Shown: positions 1 to 9,046, counted from the first letter of the stretch. The stretch: DNA of 58,661 nt from Candidatus Omnitrophota bacterium (GCA_041653035.1 JBAZGE010000003.1:1-58661); one strand, 5' to 3'. Numbers and translations: made by a program. The notes: generated by a model not told the origin, from the sequence alone.

Positions 1-1
1 G

Positions 2-130
2 ATAACCGACCACCGCATTAATTTTACGCTGTATAAGATGGAAGCGGTCCTGGAAGGAGATCTGGACGAGTTGTCCGATGCTTTGATCAAAGCGAGCGAA
101 GCGGCGGAGAAAAATGTTAAAGAAGGTTAA
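2..130 (+). CDS. prfA: peptide chain release factor 1, C-terminal fragment (5' part lies outside the window)
   Basis: Frame-2 translation [42 protein letters not shown] resembles the conserved RF1 C-terminus. It is followed by prmC, the usual prfA-prmC arrangement. Confidence 0.75.
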   Translation: MTDHRINFTLYKMEAVLEGDLDELSDALIKASEAAEKNVKEG

Positions 131-157
131 AGTTAGGTTAATGATTGTTAAAGGCAG

Positions 158-994
158 TTGCCAAAAATATTTAATCTTTTTTCTATGACGGAAGCGGAAC
201 TGGTATTTACTCATGTTATGCGATGCGACAGGACGGCATTATATCTCGACAGGGATAGTGTTCTGGATAAAACCGTTTCCGGGCGGCTGTCGGCTGTTTT
301 ACGCAGACGCGCGGGCGGAGAACCGCTCGCGTATATCCTCGGCACACAGGAATTCATGGGGTTTAGTTTCGAGGTTGATCAGGTGGTATTGATCCCGCGA
401 ATGGAGACTGAGATACTGGTGGAGACGGCGGTAAATTATGCCGCCGGAGCACCGGAGCACCGGGGCACCGGTTTGAAAATCCTGGATGTGGGGACGGGAA
501 GCGGGAATATCTCGGTGTCTTTGGCGCGGTTATTGCCGGATGCTGCGATCGACGCGCTCGATATTTCCGAAGAAGCGTTATCGGTTGCGCGAAAAAACGC
601 GCGCTTGAACAATGTCGAGCAGAGGGTTAGGTTTATTCATAGCGATTTATTTAATTGTTCCTACGAGCGACGAGCCACGAGCTACGAGCTCATCGTGAGC
701 AACCCTCCATACATTCCCGCGGGAGAGATCGCGCGATTACAGCCGGAAGTCCGGCGTGAGCCGCGTATCGCTCTGGATGGGGGAAAAGACGGCCTGGATT
801 TTTACCGCAGGATAATCAAGGATTCGCCCTGTTGTTTGAAAGAAGGCGGATATTTATTGATGGAGATAGGTTTCGGACAGCGGGAAGCGGTGGAAGAAAT
901 TCTCAAGGAGAGTAAAAGATTTGACATTGAAGAGATCGTAAAGGATTATAGCGGGATTGAGCGGGTCGTTGTCGCTCAGAAGCGGAGATTTTAG
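158..994 (+). CDS. prmC: release factor glutamine N5-methyltransferase (HemK/PrmC)
   Basis: NPPY catalytic motif (VSNPPYIP) and SAM-binding DVGTGSGNI. TTG start taken from the ORF track; an alternative ATG lies at 185. The frame contains an in-frame heptamer repeat at 661-688. Confidence 0.9.
   Translation: MPKIFNLFSMTEAELVFTHVMRCDRTALYLDRDSVLDKTVSGRLSAVLRRRAGGEPLAYILGTQEFMGFSFEVDQVVLIPRMETEILVETAVNYAAGAPEHRGTGLKILDVGTGSGNISVSLARLLPDAAIDALDISEEALSVARKNARLNNVEQRVRFIHSDLFNCSYERRATSYELIVSNPPYIPAGEIARLQPEVRREPRIALDGGKDGLDFYRRIIKDSPCCLKEGGYLLMEIGFGQREAVEEILKESKRFDIEEIVKDYSGIERVVVAQKRRF
661..688 (+). repeat. 7-nt tandem array CTACGAG CGACGAG CCACGAG CTACGAG inside the prmC coding sequence
   Basis: Four exact-period heptamers translated as (S)YERRATSYE(L), just upstream of the NPPY motif. 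Related (C)GAGCGAC strings recur at 25433-25447 and 25737-25750. Confidence 0.8.
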
Positions 995-1084
995 TTTGTA
1001 AGTTAGTAAGTGTGTAAGTGTAAAAAAAGTAAAACCGGCTTTTCTTTATCCTTATATACTTTACACTTACAAACTTACACACTA
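992..1084. repeat. short-tandem-repeat palindrome, GTAAGT type (prmC-murA spacer)
   Basis: Left arm TAGTTTGTAAGTTAGTAAGTGTGTAAGTGTAAA starts at the prmC stop codon. Right arm TTTACACTTACAAACTTACACACTA (1060-1084) is its imperfect reverse complement. Confidence 0.85.
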
Positions 1085-1101
1085 TTAATCGAGGATAATT
1101 T

Positions 1102-2373
1102 ATGGATAAACTTGTTATCGAGGGCGGCGTGCGGCTGAAAGGGGAAGTCAGGGTTTCCGGGTCGAAGAATTCGGTCCTGCCGATATTGGCGGCGACTTTA
1201 TTGACGGATTGTCCGTGTGTCATCAGAAATGTTCCCAGCTTGCGGGATACCAATACCATGATAAAGATACTGCGTTCACTGGGCAAGAACGCGGCATTGA
1301 ACAAAGGAGTGGTATCGGTCCTTCCTTCTAAAAATCACACCCGGCATAACTGGGTGGCCGATTATAAACTGGTTTCCACCATGCGGGCGTCTTTCTGCGT
1401 GCTCGGCCCGTTGTTGAGCAGGTACAAGGCGGCCAAAGTTTCTTTGCCCGGAGGGTGTGTTATCGGGATCCGGCCGGTTGACCTGCATCTGAAAGGCATC
1501 AAGGCTTTGGGCGCGGATATCAGCATGGATTCCGGTTATGTGCTCGCAAACGCGAAACAGCTTAAAGGCGGCCATATCTATCTGGGCGGTGTGTACGGTT
1601 CTTCCGTCCTGGCAACCGGAAATGTGATGATGGCCGCGGTGATGGCAAAAGGAAAAACAGTCATTGAATCCGCGGCGTGTGAACCGGAAGTGGAAGACCT
1701 GGCCGATTTTTTGGTCAAAATGGGCGCTCAGATCAAAGGGCACGGCACGCCGGTCATAGAAGTTGAAGGTGTTAAGAGTCTCAGCGGGGTTGAACATTCG
1801 GTCATTCCCGACCGGATAGAAGCGGGAACATTCATGATCGCCGCGTTAGCCACCCGGGGGGATATTACCATTAAAAATGTTGTTTTCCGTCATTTAGGGG
1901 CGTTGATCGACAAGCTGGAGGAAGCCGGCGCTTCGCTGGTAAAGAGCGGAGATTCCATGCGTGTCTGTTATAAAAAACAACCGACATCGGTGAATGTTTC
2001 GACTCTGCCGTATCCGGGTTTTCCCACGGATATGCAGGCTCAGCTGATGAGCCTGATGAGTATAACTCCCGGTATAAGTATTATCACCGAAAAGATATAT
2101 CCCGACCGTTTTATGCATGTCGCGGAATTGAACCGTATGGGGGCGCTTATCCAGCGTGAAGGCCCGCATGCCATTGTTTCCGGGGTGAAGAAATTGAGCG
2201 GCGCCCCGGTCATGGCTTCGGATCTGCGCGCGTCGGCCTGCCTGGTACTGGCGGGGCTGGCGGCGTCGGGGAAAACCTCGATATCCCGGATCTATCATCT
2301 TGAACGCGGATATGAGAACATAGAGAGAAAGTTGCAGGGGTTGGGAGCGAAAATTTGGAGAGAGAAGGAATAG
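1102..2373 (+). CDS. murA: UDP-N-acetylglucosamine 1-carboxyvinyltransferase
   Basis: 423 aa. N-terminus MDKLVIEGG..LKGEVRVSGSKNS, active-site Cys loop LPGGCVIGIRPVDLH. GAGGA Shine-Dalgarno upstream. Confidence 0.95.
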   Translation: MDKLVIEGGVRLKGEVRVSGSKNSVLPILAATLLTDCPCVIRNVPSLRDTNTMIKILRSLGKNAALNKGVVSVLPSKNHTRHNWVADYKLVSTMRASFCVLGPLLSRYKAAKVSLPGGCVIGIRPVDLHLKGIKALGADISMDSGYVLANAKQLKGGHIYLGGVYGSSVLATGNVMMAAVMAKGKTVIESAACEPEVEDLADFLVKMGAQIKGHGTPVIEVEGVKSLSGVEHSVIPDRIEAGTFMIAALATRGDITIKNVVFRHLGALIDKLEEAGASLVKSGDSMRVCYKKQPTSVNVSTLPYPGFPTDMQAQLMSLMSITPGISIITEKIYPDRFMHVAELNRMGALIQREGPHAIVSGVKKLSGAPVMASDLRASACLVLAGLAASGKTSISRIYHLERGYENIERKLQGLGAKIWREKE

Positions 2374-2446
2374 TAGTGTAAAGTGTATAAGTGTAAAGTT
2401 TGTAAGTGTGGGACTTACACACTTTACACTTAAAAACTTAAACACT
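2374..2446. repeat. short-tandem-repeat palindrome, GTAAGT type (murA-trpG spacer)
   Basis: AGTGTAAAGTGTATAAGTGTAAAGTTTGTAAGTGTG / CTTACACACTTTACACTTAAAAACTTAAACACT form a long imperfect hairpin. Confidence 0.85.
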
Positions 2447-2457
2447 AAGGAGCAACT

Positions 2458-3033
2458 ATGGTCTTAGTGATTGATAATTACGACTCATTCACCTACAACC
2501 TGGTACAGTACCTGCAGGAATTAGGGCAGCAGGTATCGGTATACCGGAACGACAAGATTACCATCGATGAGATCGGGAGACTGAGCCCTGACAGGATACT
2601 CGTCTCGCCGGGACCCGGCGGCCCGCCTGATGCCGGTATTTCCTGCGATGTGATACGGGAATTCGCCGGGAAGGTCCCTTTACTGGGGGTATGCCTGGGG
2701 CACCAGTGTATAGGTTTTACGTTCGGCGGCAGGATCAAGATCGCCCAAAAGATCATGCACGGAAAAACCTCGTTTATTTACCATAACCGGCGGGAGATTT
2801 TTCATAACATTCCTAATCCTTTTGAGGCTACCCGGTATCATTCCCTGCTGGTGGAGAATAAGAGCCTGCCTTCCTGTCTGGAAATTACCGCCTGGACCAA
2901 AGATAAAGAGATCATGGGGCTGAGGCATAAAAAATACCCGGTCTGGGGCGTTCAGTTCCATCCCGAATCAATTTTGACCAGGGCGGGTAAGGATATACTG
3001 GCTAATTTTCTCAAGGAGAAAAATAAGGGGTGA
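2458..3033 (+). CDS. trpG: anthranilate synthase component II (class-I glutamine amidotransferase, TrpG/PabA)
   Basis: GVCLGHQ nucleophile elbow and FHPES His-Glu pair. Sits immediately upstream of trpD. Confidence 0.9.
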   Translation: MVLVIDNYDSFTYNLVQYLQELGQQVSVYRNDKITIDEIGRLSPDRILVSPGPGGPPDAGISCDVIREFAGKVPLLGVCLGHQCIGFTFGGRIKIAQKIMHGKTSFIYHNRREIFHNIPNPFEATRYHSLLVENKSLPSCLEITAWTKDKEIMGLRHKKYPVWGVQFHPESILTRAGKDILANFLKEKNKG

Positions 3034-3037
3034 AAAA

Positions 3038-4054
3038 ATGATCAAAGAAGCGACGGAAAAGATCACCGGGCATGAGCATTTATCCCGGGCGGAGATGGAA
3101 ACGGTTATCGAAGAGATCATGAGCGGTGAAACCGAAACCCCGCTTATCGTTTCCTTTCTTACCGCGCTCAGCGATAAAGGCGAAACTATCGAAGAGCTTA
3201 CCGGCGCGGTCACCGTCATGCGCCGGCATGTGACCGCGATCAATGTGCGGAAAAAGGAAGTGGTCCTGGATACCTGCGGTACCGGCGGTGACAAGAAGGG
3301 GACGTTCAATATTTCCACGGTGGTCGCTTTTGTGACCAGCGGCTGCGGGATTATTGTCGCCAAGCACGGGAACCGGTCTGTTTCCAGCCGCTGCGGAAGC
3401 GCGGACATCCTGGAAGCGCTGGGCGTCAATATCCACCTGACCAAGGAACAGATCGAGTCTTGCCTGAATGATATCGGTATTTGTTTTCTTTTCGCGCAGA
3501 ACCTGCATCCGGCCATGAAACACGTGATGCCTGCCCGGAAAACCATAGGTAAACGCACCATGTTCAACATCCTCGGCCCTTTGACCAATCCGGCGGGAGC
3601 GGCGCATCAATTACTGGGTGTTTATAACAGCGCTCTTACGGAGACCCTGGCACGGGTGCTCGCCAATCTGGGGACTGTGCACGCGCTCCTGGTGCACGGG
3701 CAGGATGGCCTGGACGAAGTCAGTACCATCGCCGGAACAACGATCTGTGAATTGCGGAAGGGGGAATTTAAAAATTTCGAGTTACAACCGGAGGATTACG
3801 GGTTTAAAAAGACCAGCTTGGAATCCCTGGCCGGCGGTTCTGCGCAGGAGAATGCCGCTATCCTTTTGGAATTGTTAAAAGGGAAAAAGGGCCCTCAAAG
3901 GGATATCGTTATTTTGAATGCCGCCTGCGCCTTGTACGCCGCGGATAAAACAAATTCGATCATAGAAGGTATTGCGCTTGCCGAGCGATCCATTGATTCA
4001 GGCAAAGCTTTTGAAAAACTGGAATTGCTGAAAGAATATTCGAACAGGAAATAA
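3038..4054 (+). CDS. trpD: anthranilate phosphoribosyltransferase
   Basis: 338 aa with the CGTGGDKKGTFNIST motif. Lies between trpG and trpC. Confidence 0.95.
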   Translation: MIKEATEKITGHEHLSRAEMETVIEEIMSGETETPLIVSFLTALSDKGETIEELTGAVTVMRRHVTAINVRKKEVVLDTCGTGGDKKGTFNISTVVAFVTSGCGIIVAKHGNRSVSSRCGSADILEALGVNIHLTKEQIESCLNDIGICFLFAQNLHPAMKHVMPARKTIGKRTMFNILGPLTNPAGAAHQLLGVYNSALTETLARVLANLGTVHALLVHGQDGLDEVSTIAGTTICELRKGEFKNFELQPEDYGFKKTSLESLAGGSAQENAAILLELLKGKKGPQRDIVILNAACALYAADKTNSIIEGIALAERSIDSGKAFEKLELLKEYSNRK

Positions 4055-4058
4055 CCGT

Positions 4059-4847
4059 ATGGCTCACGACGCTTTAAAAGAGATAATCGCCAAAAAGCGG
4101 GAGCGGGTCCTGCAGGCGAAACAGCAGCTGCCGGAGGCGGAACTGCAGGCGCGGATCAGGGATATTCCTCCGTCCCGCCGTTTTATCGAGTCGGTGGTCA
4201 AACCGAAATCGTTGACTTTGATCGCCGAGATAAAGAAGGCGTCTCCTTCTCAGGGAATCATCCGTGAGAATTTCGATCCCGTTGCCATCGCCGGGACCTA
4301 TCAGGAAGCCGGGGCCTCTGCGCTTTCCGTGCTCACCGAAGAGGATTTTTTTCAGGGGAGCCTTTCGTTCATTCCTATGGTCAAAGCAGCAGTAACCCTG
4401 CCGGTTTTAAGAAAAGATTTTATCGTGGAGCCGTATCAGGTGTATGAAGCCAGGTATTTTCAGGCAGATGCGGTGTTGCTTATTGCCGATCTTCTATCTA
4501 AAGACAAACTTATAGAGTTAATACATGTCGCCGAAGAGCTGGGGCTTGATTGTTTAGTTGAGGTTCATACCGAAAAAGAACTTAAAAAGGCCGTCGGGCT
4601 TAAGGGGCCGGTGCTTATCGGTATCAATAACCGGGATCTGCACAGCCTGGCGGTTGATTTTAAGACCACCGAGCGGCTCTTCCCGTTGATCCCCAAGGAA
4701 AAAACGGTGGTCGTGGAAAGCGGGATACGCACGTATCAGGATATCCTGTTCCTTAAAATACTGGGAGCGAGCAGCGTTCTGATCGGCCAGGCGTTCATGA
4801 GTTCTCCGGATATCAAGGCCAGCGTTCAGGAAGTGATGGGGTGGTAG
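4059..4847 (+). CDS. trpC: indole-3-glycerol phosphate synthase
   Basis: 262 aa TIM-barrel with IAEIKKASPSQG and LRKDFI motifs typical of IGPS. Confidence 0.95.
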   Translation: MAHDALKEIIAKKRERVLQAKQQLPEAELQARIRDIPPSRRFIESVVKPKSLTLIAEIKKASPSQGIIRENFDPVAIAGTYQEAGASALSVLTEEDFFQGSLSFIPMVKAAVTLPVLRKDFIVEPYQVYEARYFQADAVLLIADLLSKDKLIELIHVAEELGLDCLVEVHTEKELKKAVGLKGPVLIGINNRDLHSLAVDFKTTERLFPLIPKEKTVVVESGIRTYQDILFLKILGASSVLIGQAFMSSPDIKASVQEVMGW

Positions 4848-4875
4848 AATAGTGTAAAGTTTGTTCCGTTCCTTT

Positions 4876-4960
4876 TGTCATGCCCGCGCAAGCGGGAATC
4901 CAAAGGGGTAAACTCCAGAGGGAATCCAGATTCTGGATGCCCGCTTGCGCGGGCATGACA
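4876..4960. repeat. REP-like 85-nt palindrome (two inverted GC-rich hairpin modules)
   Basis: TGTCATGCCCGCGCAAGCGGGAATCC ... GGATGCCCGCTTGCGCGGGCATGACA. The arms are complementary except at one position, and each arm also self-folds (CCCGC-GCAA-GCGGG). Confidence 0.85.
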
Positions 4961-4999
4961 CTACTATAGATTTATGTCACAGAGCAGTAGGGTGCGTAT

Positions 5000-5650
5000 A
5001 TGAGCCGGCTTAAAGTCAAGATATGCGGTATCACCAATTTGGAGGACGCGAAAGCATCGATAGCTGCGGGGTGTGACGCGCTTGGGTTCATATTTTTCAA
5101 ACGGAGCCCGCGGTATATTCCTCCGCCGGAGGCGCGGGAGATCATAAAACGCCTGCCGGCGGGAGTCCCGAAGATCGGGGTATTTGTTAACGCCCGGGAG
5201 AAAAGCATAAAACGGACAGCCCGCCTGTGCGGCCTTGATATACTGCAATTTCACGGGAATGAATCGCCTGAATTCTGCCGCCGCTTCCGGGGAAACAAGA
5301 TCATCAAGGCGTTCAGGGTAAAGAATTCCCTGGACGTAAAAAAGATTTCGGGATACCGTGTTTTTGCGTATCTCTTCGACACTTATTCCGGTACCCAAGC
5401 CGGAGGCACCGGCAGGAAATTCGACTGGAAACTGATGGAGCGTTTACACGGCAGCACGGCCGCGGTTTTTTTATCGGGCGGCCTGAATGAAAAAAATGTA
5501 TCGCGGGCGGTCCGGACCGTGAAGCCGGAGTGGGTGGATGCCTGCAGTTCGTTGGAGATCTCCCCGGGGAGAAAAGACCACGATAAGATCAGAAAGTTTG
5601 TGCGCGCCGCAAAGTCGGGCGCAGGCATTGACAGGGCCGGACGACTCTGA
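5000..5650 (+). CDS. trpF: phosphoribosylanthranilate isomerase
   Basis: N-terminus KVKICGITNLEDA, then LQFHGNES. trp operon context. Confidence 0.9.
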   Translation: MSRLKVKICGITNLEDAKASIAAGCDALGFIFFKRSPRYIPPPEAREIIKRLPAGVPKIGVFVNAREKSIKRTARLCGLDILQFHGNESPEFCRRFRGNKIIKAFRVKNSLDVKKISGYRVFAYLFDTYSGTQAGGTGRKFDWKLMERLHGSTAAVFLSGGLNEKNVSRAVRTVKPEWVDACSSLEISPGRKDHDKIRKFVRAAKSGAGIDRAGRL

Positions 5651-5656
5651 TACAAT
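5628..5656 (+). promoter_or_regulatory. near-consensus sigma70-type promoter in front of acsC
   Basis: TTGACA (5628-5633), 17 nt, TACAAT (5651-5656). The -35 box lies in the last trpF codons and the -10 box starts right after the trpF stop codon. Confidence 0.6.
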
Positions 5657-5691
5657 GACTCAAAACTTTATTTAACAAGGGAGACGAAACC

Positions 5692-7044
5692 ATGGCGCTT
5701 TCCGGACTTGATATCTATAAATTATTGCCGAAAACCAATTGCCGCGAATGCGGCTTTCCCACGTGTCTTGCTTTTGCCATGCAACTGGCTAAGAAATCGG
5801 CGGTAATCGATAAATGTCCGTATGTCACCGCGGATGCCAAAGCGGCTTTGGATTCGGCCAGCCAGCCGCCGATACGGCTGGTTTCTATAGGAAGCGGGGA
5901 GAAAAAACTCGACATCGGCAATGAGACCGTGATGTTCCGCCACGAGGAAAAATTCCGCAATCCCTGCGGTATCGGGTTTATTATCGATGACAGCCTGACG
6001 GACCCGGAGATAAAGAAAACGCTCCAGCGCATAAACGAGCTTACCTTTGAACGTGTCGGGCAGGTGCTTGCGGTGAATCTGGCCGCGGTCAGGCAGAATT
6101 CAAATAAAAAAAGATTTTGCGATGTGGTAAAGACGGTTTCCGGCGGTACCGCCTGCGGGATGGTGCTTATGACCGAAAACAAGGAAGCTTTGCAGGAAGC
6201 CCTTGAGCTGACTAAAGGGAAGAATCCTCTTGTGTACCGGGTGACCGCGGAAAACATTTTTTCCCTGGCCGAGACGGTTAAAAAATACAAGGTGCCCGTG
6301 GTTGCCGCTTCCGCTACCCTGGAGGGGATTTCCGGATTGACCCAGGAACTGATCAAACAGGGGATAACCGAACTGGTGCTTGATGCGGGGACGAAACCGT
6401 TGGCTGAGAAGATCGGGGATGTGACGCAGATGAGAAGGCTCGCCCTGAAGAAGTCGGCGCGCAGTTTAGGTTACCCGACGCTGGCCGTGGTGGAGAGGGC
6501 CGATCGTTTTGAAGAATGCCTGGAAGCCGCGACGTTTATCCTGAAATACGGCGGCATCGCTCTTTTAAAGGGAACCGAGAGCTGGCAGGCGCTGGCGCTT
6601 CTGACCCTGCGGCAGAATATATACTCCGATCCCCAGAAACCCCTGCAGATCGAACCCAAGGTTTATCCGATCGGGGCGGTTACCGATTCTTCTCCGGCGC
6701 TGGTCACCACGAATTTTTCGCTTTCCTATTATACCGTTCTGGGAGAGGTTGAGGCCAGTAAAGTCCCGTCATATATCTTAAGCGTGGATACCGAAGGGAT
6801 GTCGGTTTTGACCGCCTGGGCGGCGGAAAAGTTCACTCCTTCGCAAGTCAGCGCTTCCATGAAAAAATCGGGTTTGGAAAACATGGTCGGCCACCGCACG
6901 TTGATCATTCCCGGGTATGTGGCGGTGATGAGCGGAGAACTCGAAGATGTCTCGGGCTGGAAAATTGTGGTCGGCCCGAAAGAAGCGGCGGGGCTCCCGT
7001 CGTTCCTTAAGAATTTATCCGTTCCGTGCGCAGTTAAAAATTAA
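5692..7044 (+). CDS. acsC: corrinoid iron-sulfur protein large subunit (CFeSP gamma; acetyl-CoA pathway)
   Basis: N-terminal CX2CX4CX16C 4Fe-4S motif (CRECGFPTC...16 aa...C). 450 aa. Clustered with acsD and acsE. Confidence 0.9.
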   Translation: MALSGLDIYKLLPKTNCRECGFPTCLAFAMQLAKKSAVIDKCPYVTADAKAALDSASQPPIRLVSIGSGEKKLDIGNETVMFRHEEKFRNPCGIGFIIDDSLTDPEIKKTLQRINELTFERVGQVLAVNLAAVRQNSNKKRFCDVVKTVSGGTACGMVLMTENKEALQEALELTKGKNPLVYRVTAENIFSLAETVKKYKVPVVAASATLEGISGLTQELIKQGITELVLDAGTKPLAEKIGDVTQMRRLALKKSARSLGYPTLAVVERADRFEECLEAATFILKYGGIALLKGTESWQALALLTLRQNIYSDPQKPLQIEPKVYPIGAVTDSSPALVTTNFSLSYYTVLGEVEASKVPSYILSVDTEGMSVLTAWAAEKFTPSQVSASMKKSGLENMVGHRTLIIPGYVAVMSGELEDVSGWKIVVGPKEAAGLPSFLKNLSVPCAVKN

Positions 7045-8967
7045 ATGAACAAATTTAAAGTGGTTTTTTATCCCGATAACAAGAGCGTGGAAGTCCCTGA
7101 CGATACCACCATCTTGTTCGCCGCCCTTTCCGCGGGAGTTTCCCTGAATTCCACCTGCGGCGGGGACGGAGTGTGCGGCAGGTGCAAGGTTGTCCTGAAA
7201 AAAGGGCGGGTGGTGACTCAGCCTACCGGCAGGATCAGCGTGGAGGAGAAGAACAGGGGGGTGTATCTTGCCTGTTTGACCTCCATTCACAGCGATGTGG
7301 AGATCGAGGTCCCTCCTGAATCGCGGCTGGACCTGGAAAATCTTTCTCAGCAGGATGCGGAACTGCGTTTGAAAGGCATGTTCGCGCGGGCTGAAGAAGT
7401 GGAAGCCGCAATGCCGGATCTGGTGGACGGGATATTTGTCCACGCTCCGCTGGTCAGGAAAATATCCGTTACACTGCCTCGTCCCACGCACCAGGACAGG
7501 ATAAGCGATCTGGAACGATTGTACCGCGCGGTCGGTTCCGGAAAGGAACCGGCGCCGGTATTGACCGGATTGAGCAATATCCGCAGGCTGGGCGAGCTCT
7601 TGCGCGCCGCCGACTGGAATGTGACCGTGACCGTTAATTTGAAAGAGGGTGTGCGGGAGATCGTTTCCATAGAACCGGGGGATACGGAGAAAAAGAATTT
7701 CGGTTTTGCTTTTGATATCGGGACGACCACCATTTCCGGGCAGCTGGTGGATCTGAATAATAAGAAAGTATTGGGCACGAAAGCGGCGTACAATAAACAG
7801 GCCAGTTTCGGGAGCGACGTTATCACCCGTATCATTTACGCCCAGAAGACGGACGGGCTGGAAAAACTGCACCACGCGGTCATCGATACCATGAATGAGA
7901 TCATCCATGATCTGGCCGCGGAACACCAGGTGGACCTTAATGACGCCTCCGGTGTTACCTGCGCGGGCAACACCACCATGATCCACCTTTTATTACGCAT
8001 CGATCCCGCGTATATCAGGAGAGAGCCGTACGTGCCGACGGCAAATGCCGTGCCGGTGATCCGCGCGGCGGAGAGCGGGATAAAAATAAGCCCGCGCGGC
8101 CTCTTATATTGTGTTCCCGGCGTAGCCAGTTATATCGGGGGGGATGTTACCGCGGGGGTTTTATCCTGCGGCCTTGACCGGGAGAACGAGGTATGCATGT
8201 TGATCGATATCGGTACCAACGGCGAGATCGTGGTGGGGAACAGGGATTTCCTGATCGCCGCTTCCGCTTCCGCGGGGCCGGCTTTTGAAGGCTCGGGGGT
8301 GAGCTGCGGAATGCGCTCAAGCAAAGGGGCCATCCAGAAAGTGCGCTTGGAGAGGACGTCTCCGCCCGTGTATGAAACCATCGGCGGCGGAAAACCGCGC
8401 GGCATATGCGGTTCCGGATACATTGATGGTATCGCGGCAATGCTCAGGGCAGGCCTTCTGGATAAAGACGGTAAGATAAAAGACGGGACTAATGAACGGG
8501 TGCGGGAAGGGCAATTCGGCCGGGAGTTCGTGCTGGCCTGCAAGAATGAAGCGGATGCCGATTCGGATATTTTTATAACCGAAGCCGATATCGAGAACAT
8601 CAAGCGCGCCAAAGCCGCTATTTACGCGGCGGCGCATATCCTCCTGCGGCATTGCGATATGGATTTTAAGGATGTGAAAAAGATTTTTATTGCCGGCGGT
8701 TTCGGCACTTGCATAGACATGGAAAATGCCGTTACCTTGGGGCTCTTGCCCGATATAGAACGGAAGAAATTCCTGTTTGTGGGTAATAGTTCTCTCGCGG
8801 GGAGCCGTTCCACGCTCCTGTCGGAGGAAGCGTTCCATAAAAGCTATGAGATCGCCGGGAAGATAACCTATTTTGAACTTTCCGTTGAACCGGAATATAT
8901 GGATGAATATATGGCGGCGTTGTTTTTTCCGCATACCGACCTGAACCGGTTCCCGACAGTCCTATGA
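7045..8967 (+). CDS. reductive activator of corrinoid proteins (RACo/AcsV-like: 2Fe-2S ferredoxin plus ASKHA ATPase)
   Basis: N-terminal plant-type ferredoxin motif STCGGDGVCGRCKV...ACLT, followed by an ASKHA-type FDIGTTTISG phosphate-binding motif. 640 aa. Its start abuts the acsC stop. Confidence 0.8.
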   Translation: MNKFKVVFYPDNKSVEVPDDTTILFAALSAGVSLNSTCGGDGVCGRCKVVLKKGRVVTQPTGRISVEEKNRGVYLACLTSIHSDVEIEVPPESRLDLENLSQQDAELRLKGMFARAEEVEAAMPDLVDGIFVHAPLVRKISVTLPRPTHQDRISDLERLYRAVGSGKEPAPVLTGLSNIRRLGELLRAADWNVTVTVNLKEGVREIVSIEPGDTEKKNFGFAFDIGTTTISGQLVDLNNKKVLGTKAAYNKQASFGSDVITRIIYAQKTDGLEKLHHAVIDTMNEIIHDLAAEHQVDLNDASGVTCAGNTTMIHLLLRIDPAYIRREPYVPTANAVPVIRAAESGIKISPRGLLYCVPGVASYIGGDVTAGVLSCGLDRENEVCMLIDIGTNGEIVVGNRDFLIAASASAGPAFEGSGVSCGMRSSKGAIQKVRLERTSPPVYETIGGGKPRGICGSGYIDGIAAMLRAGLLDKDGKIKDGTNERVREGQFGREFVLACKNEADADSDIFITEADIENIKRAKAAIYAAAHILLRHCDMDFKDVKKIFIAGGFGTCIDMENAVTLGLLPDIERKKFLFVGNSSLAGSRSTLLSEEAFHKSYEIAGKITYFELSVEPEYMDEYMAALFFPHTDLNRFPTVL

Positions 8968-8970
8968 GTA

Positions 8971-9046
8971 GTGCGCCGTGACATTAATTTTTAATCACGG
9001 CGCACTGGAGTTCCGCCCTTGACATCGTAGATGTCAAGGGCGGAAC
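8971..9046. repeat. two consecutive perfect hairpins downstream of the RACo gene
   Basis: GTGCGCCGTGA-13 nt-TCACGGCGCAC (11 bp) followed by GTTCCGCCCTTGACATC-GTA-GATGTCAAGGGCGGAAC (17 bp). No U tract follows. The CCCTTGACA core recurs at 12003-12028. Confidence 0.85.

Noticed and set aside
2374-2457. trp leader peptide, attenuator or T-box upstream of trpG.
   Set aside because: There is no Trp-codon-containing leader ORF, no T-box specifier or T-box sequence, and no alternative terminator/antiterminator pair. The spacer is a member of the dispersed GTAAGT palindrome family found next to unrelated genes.
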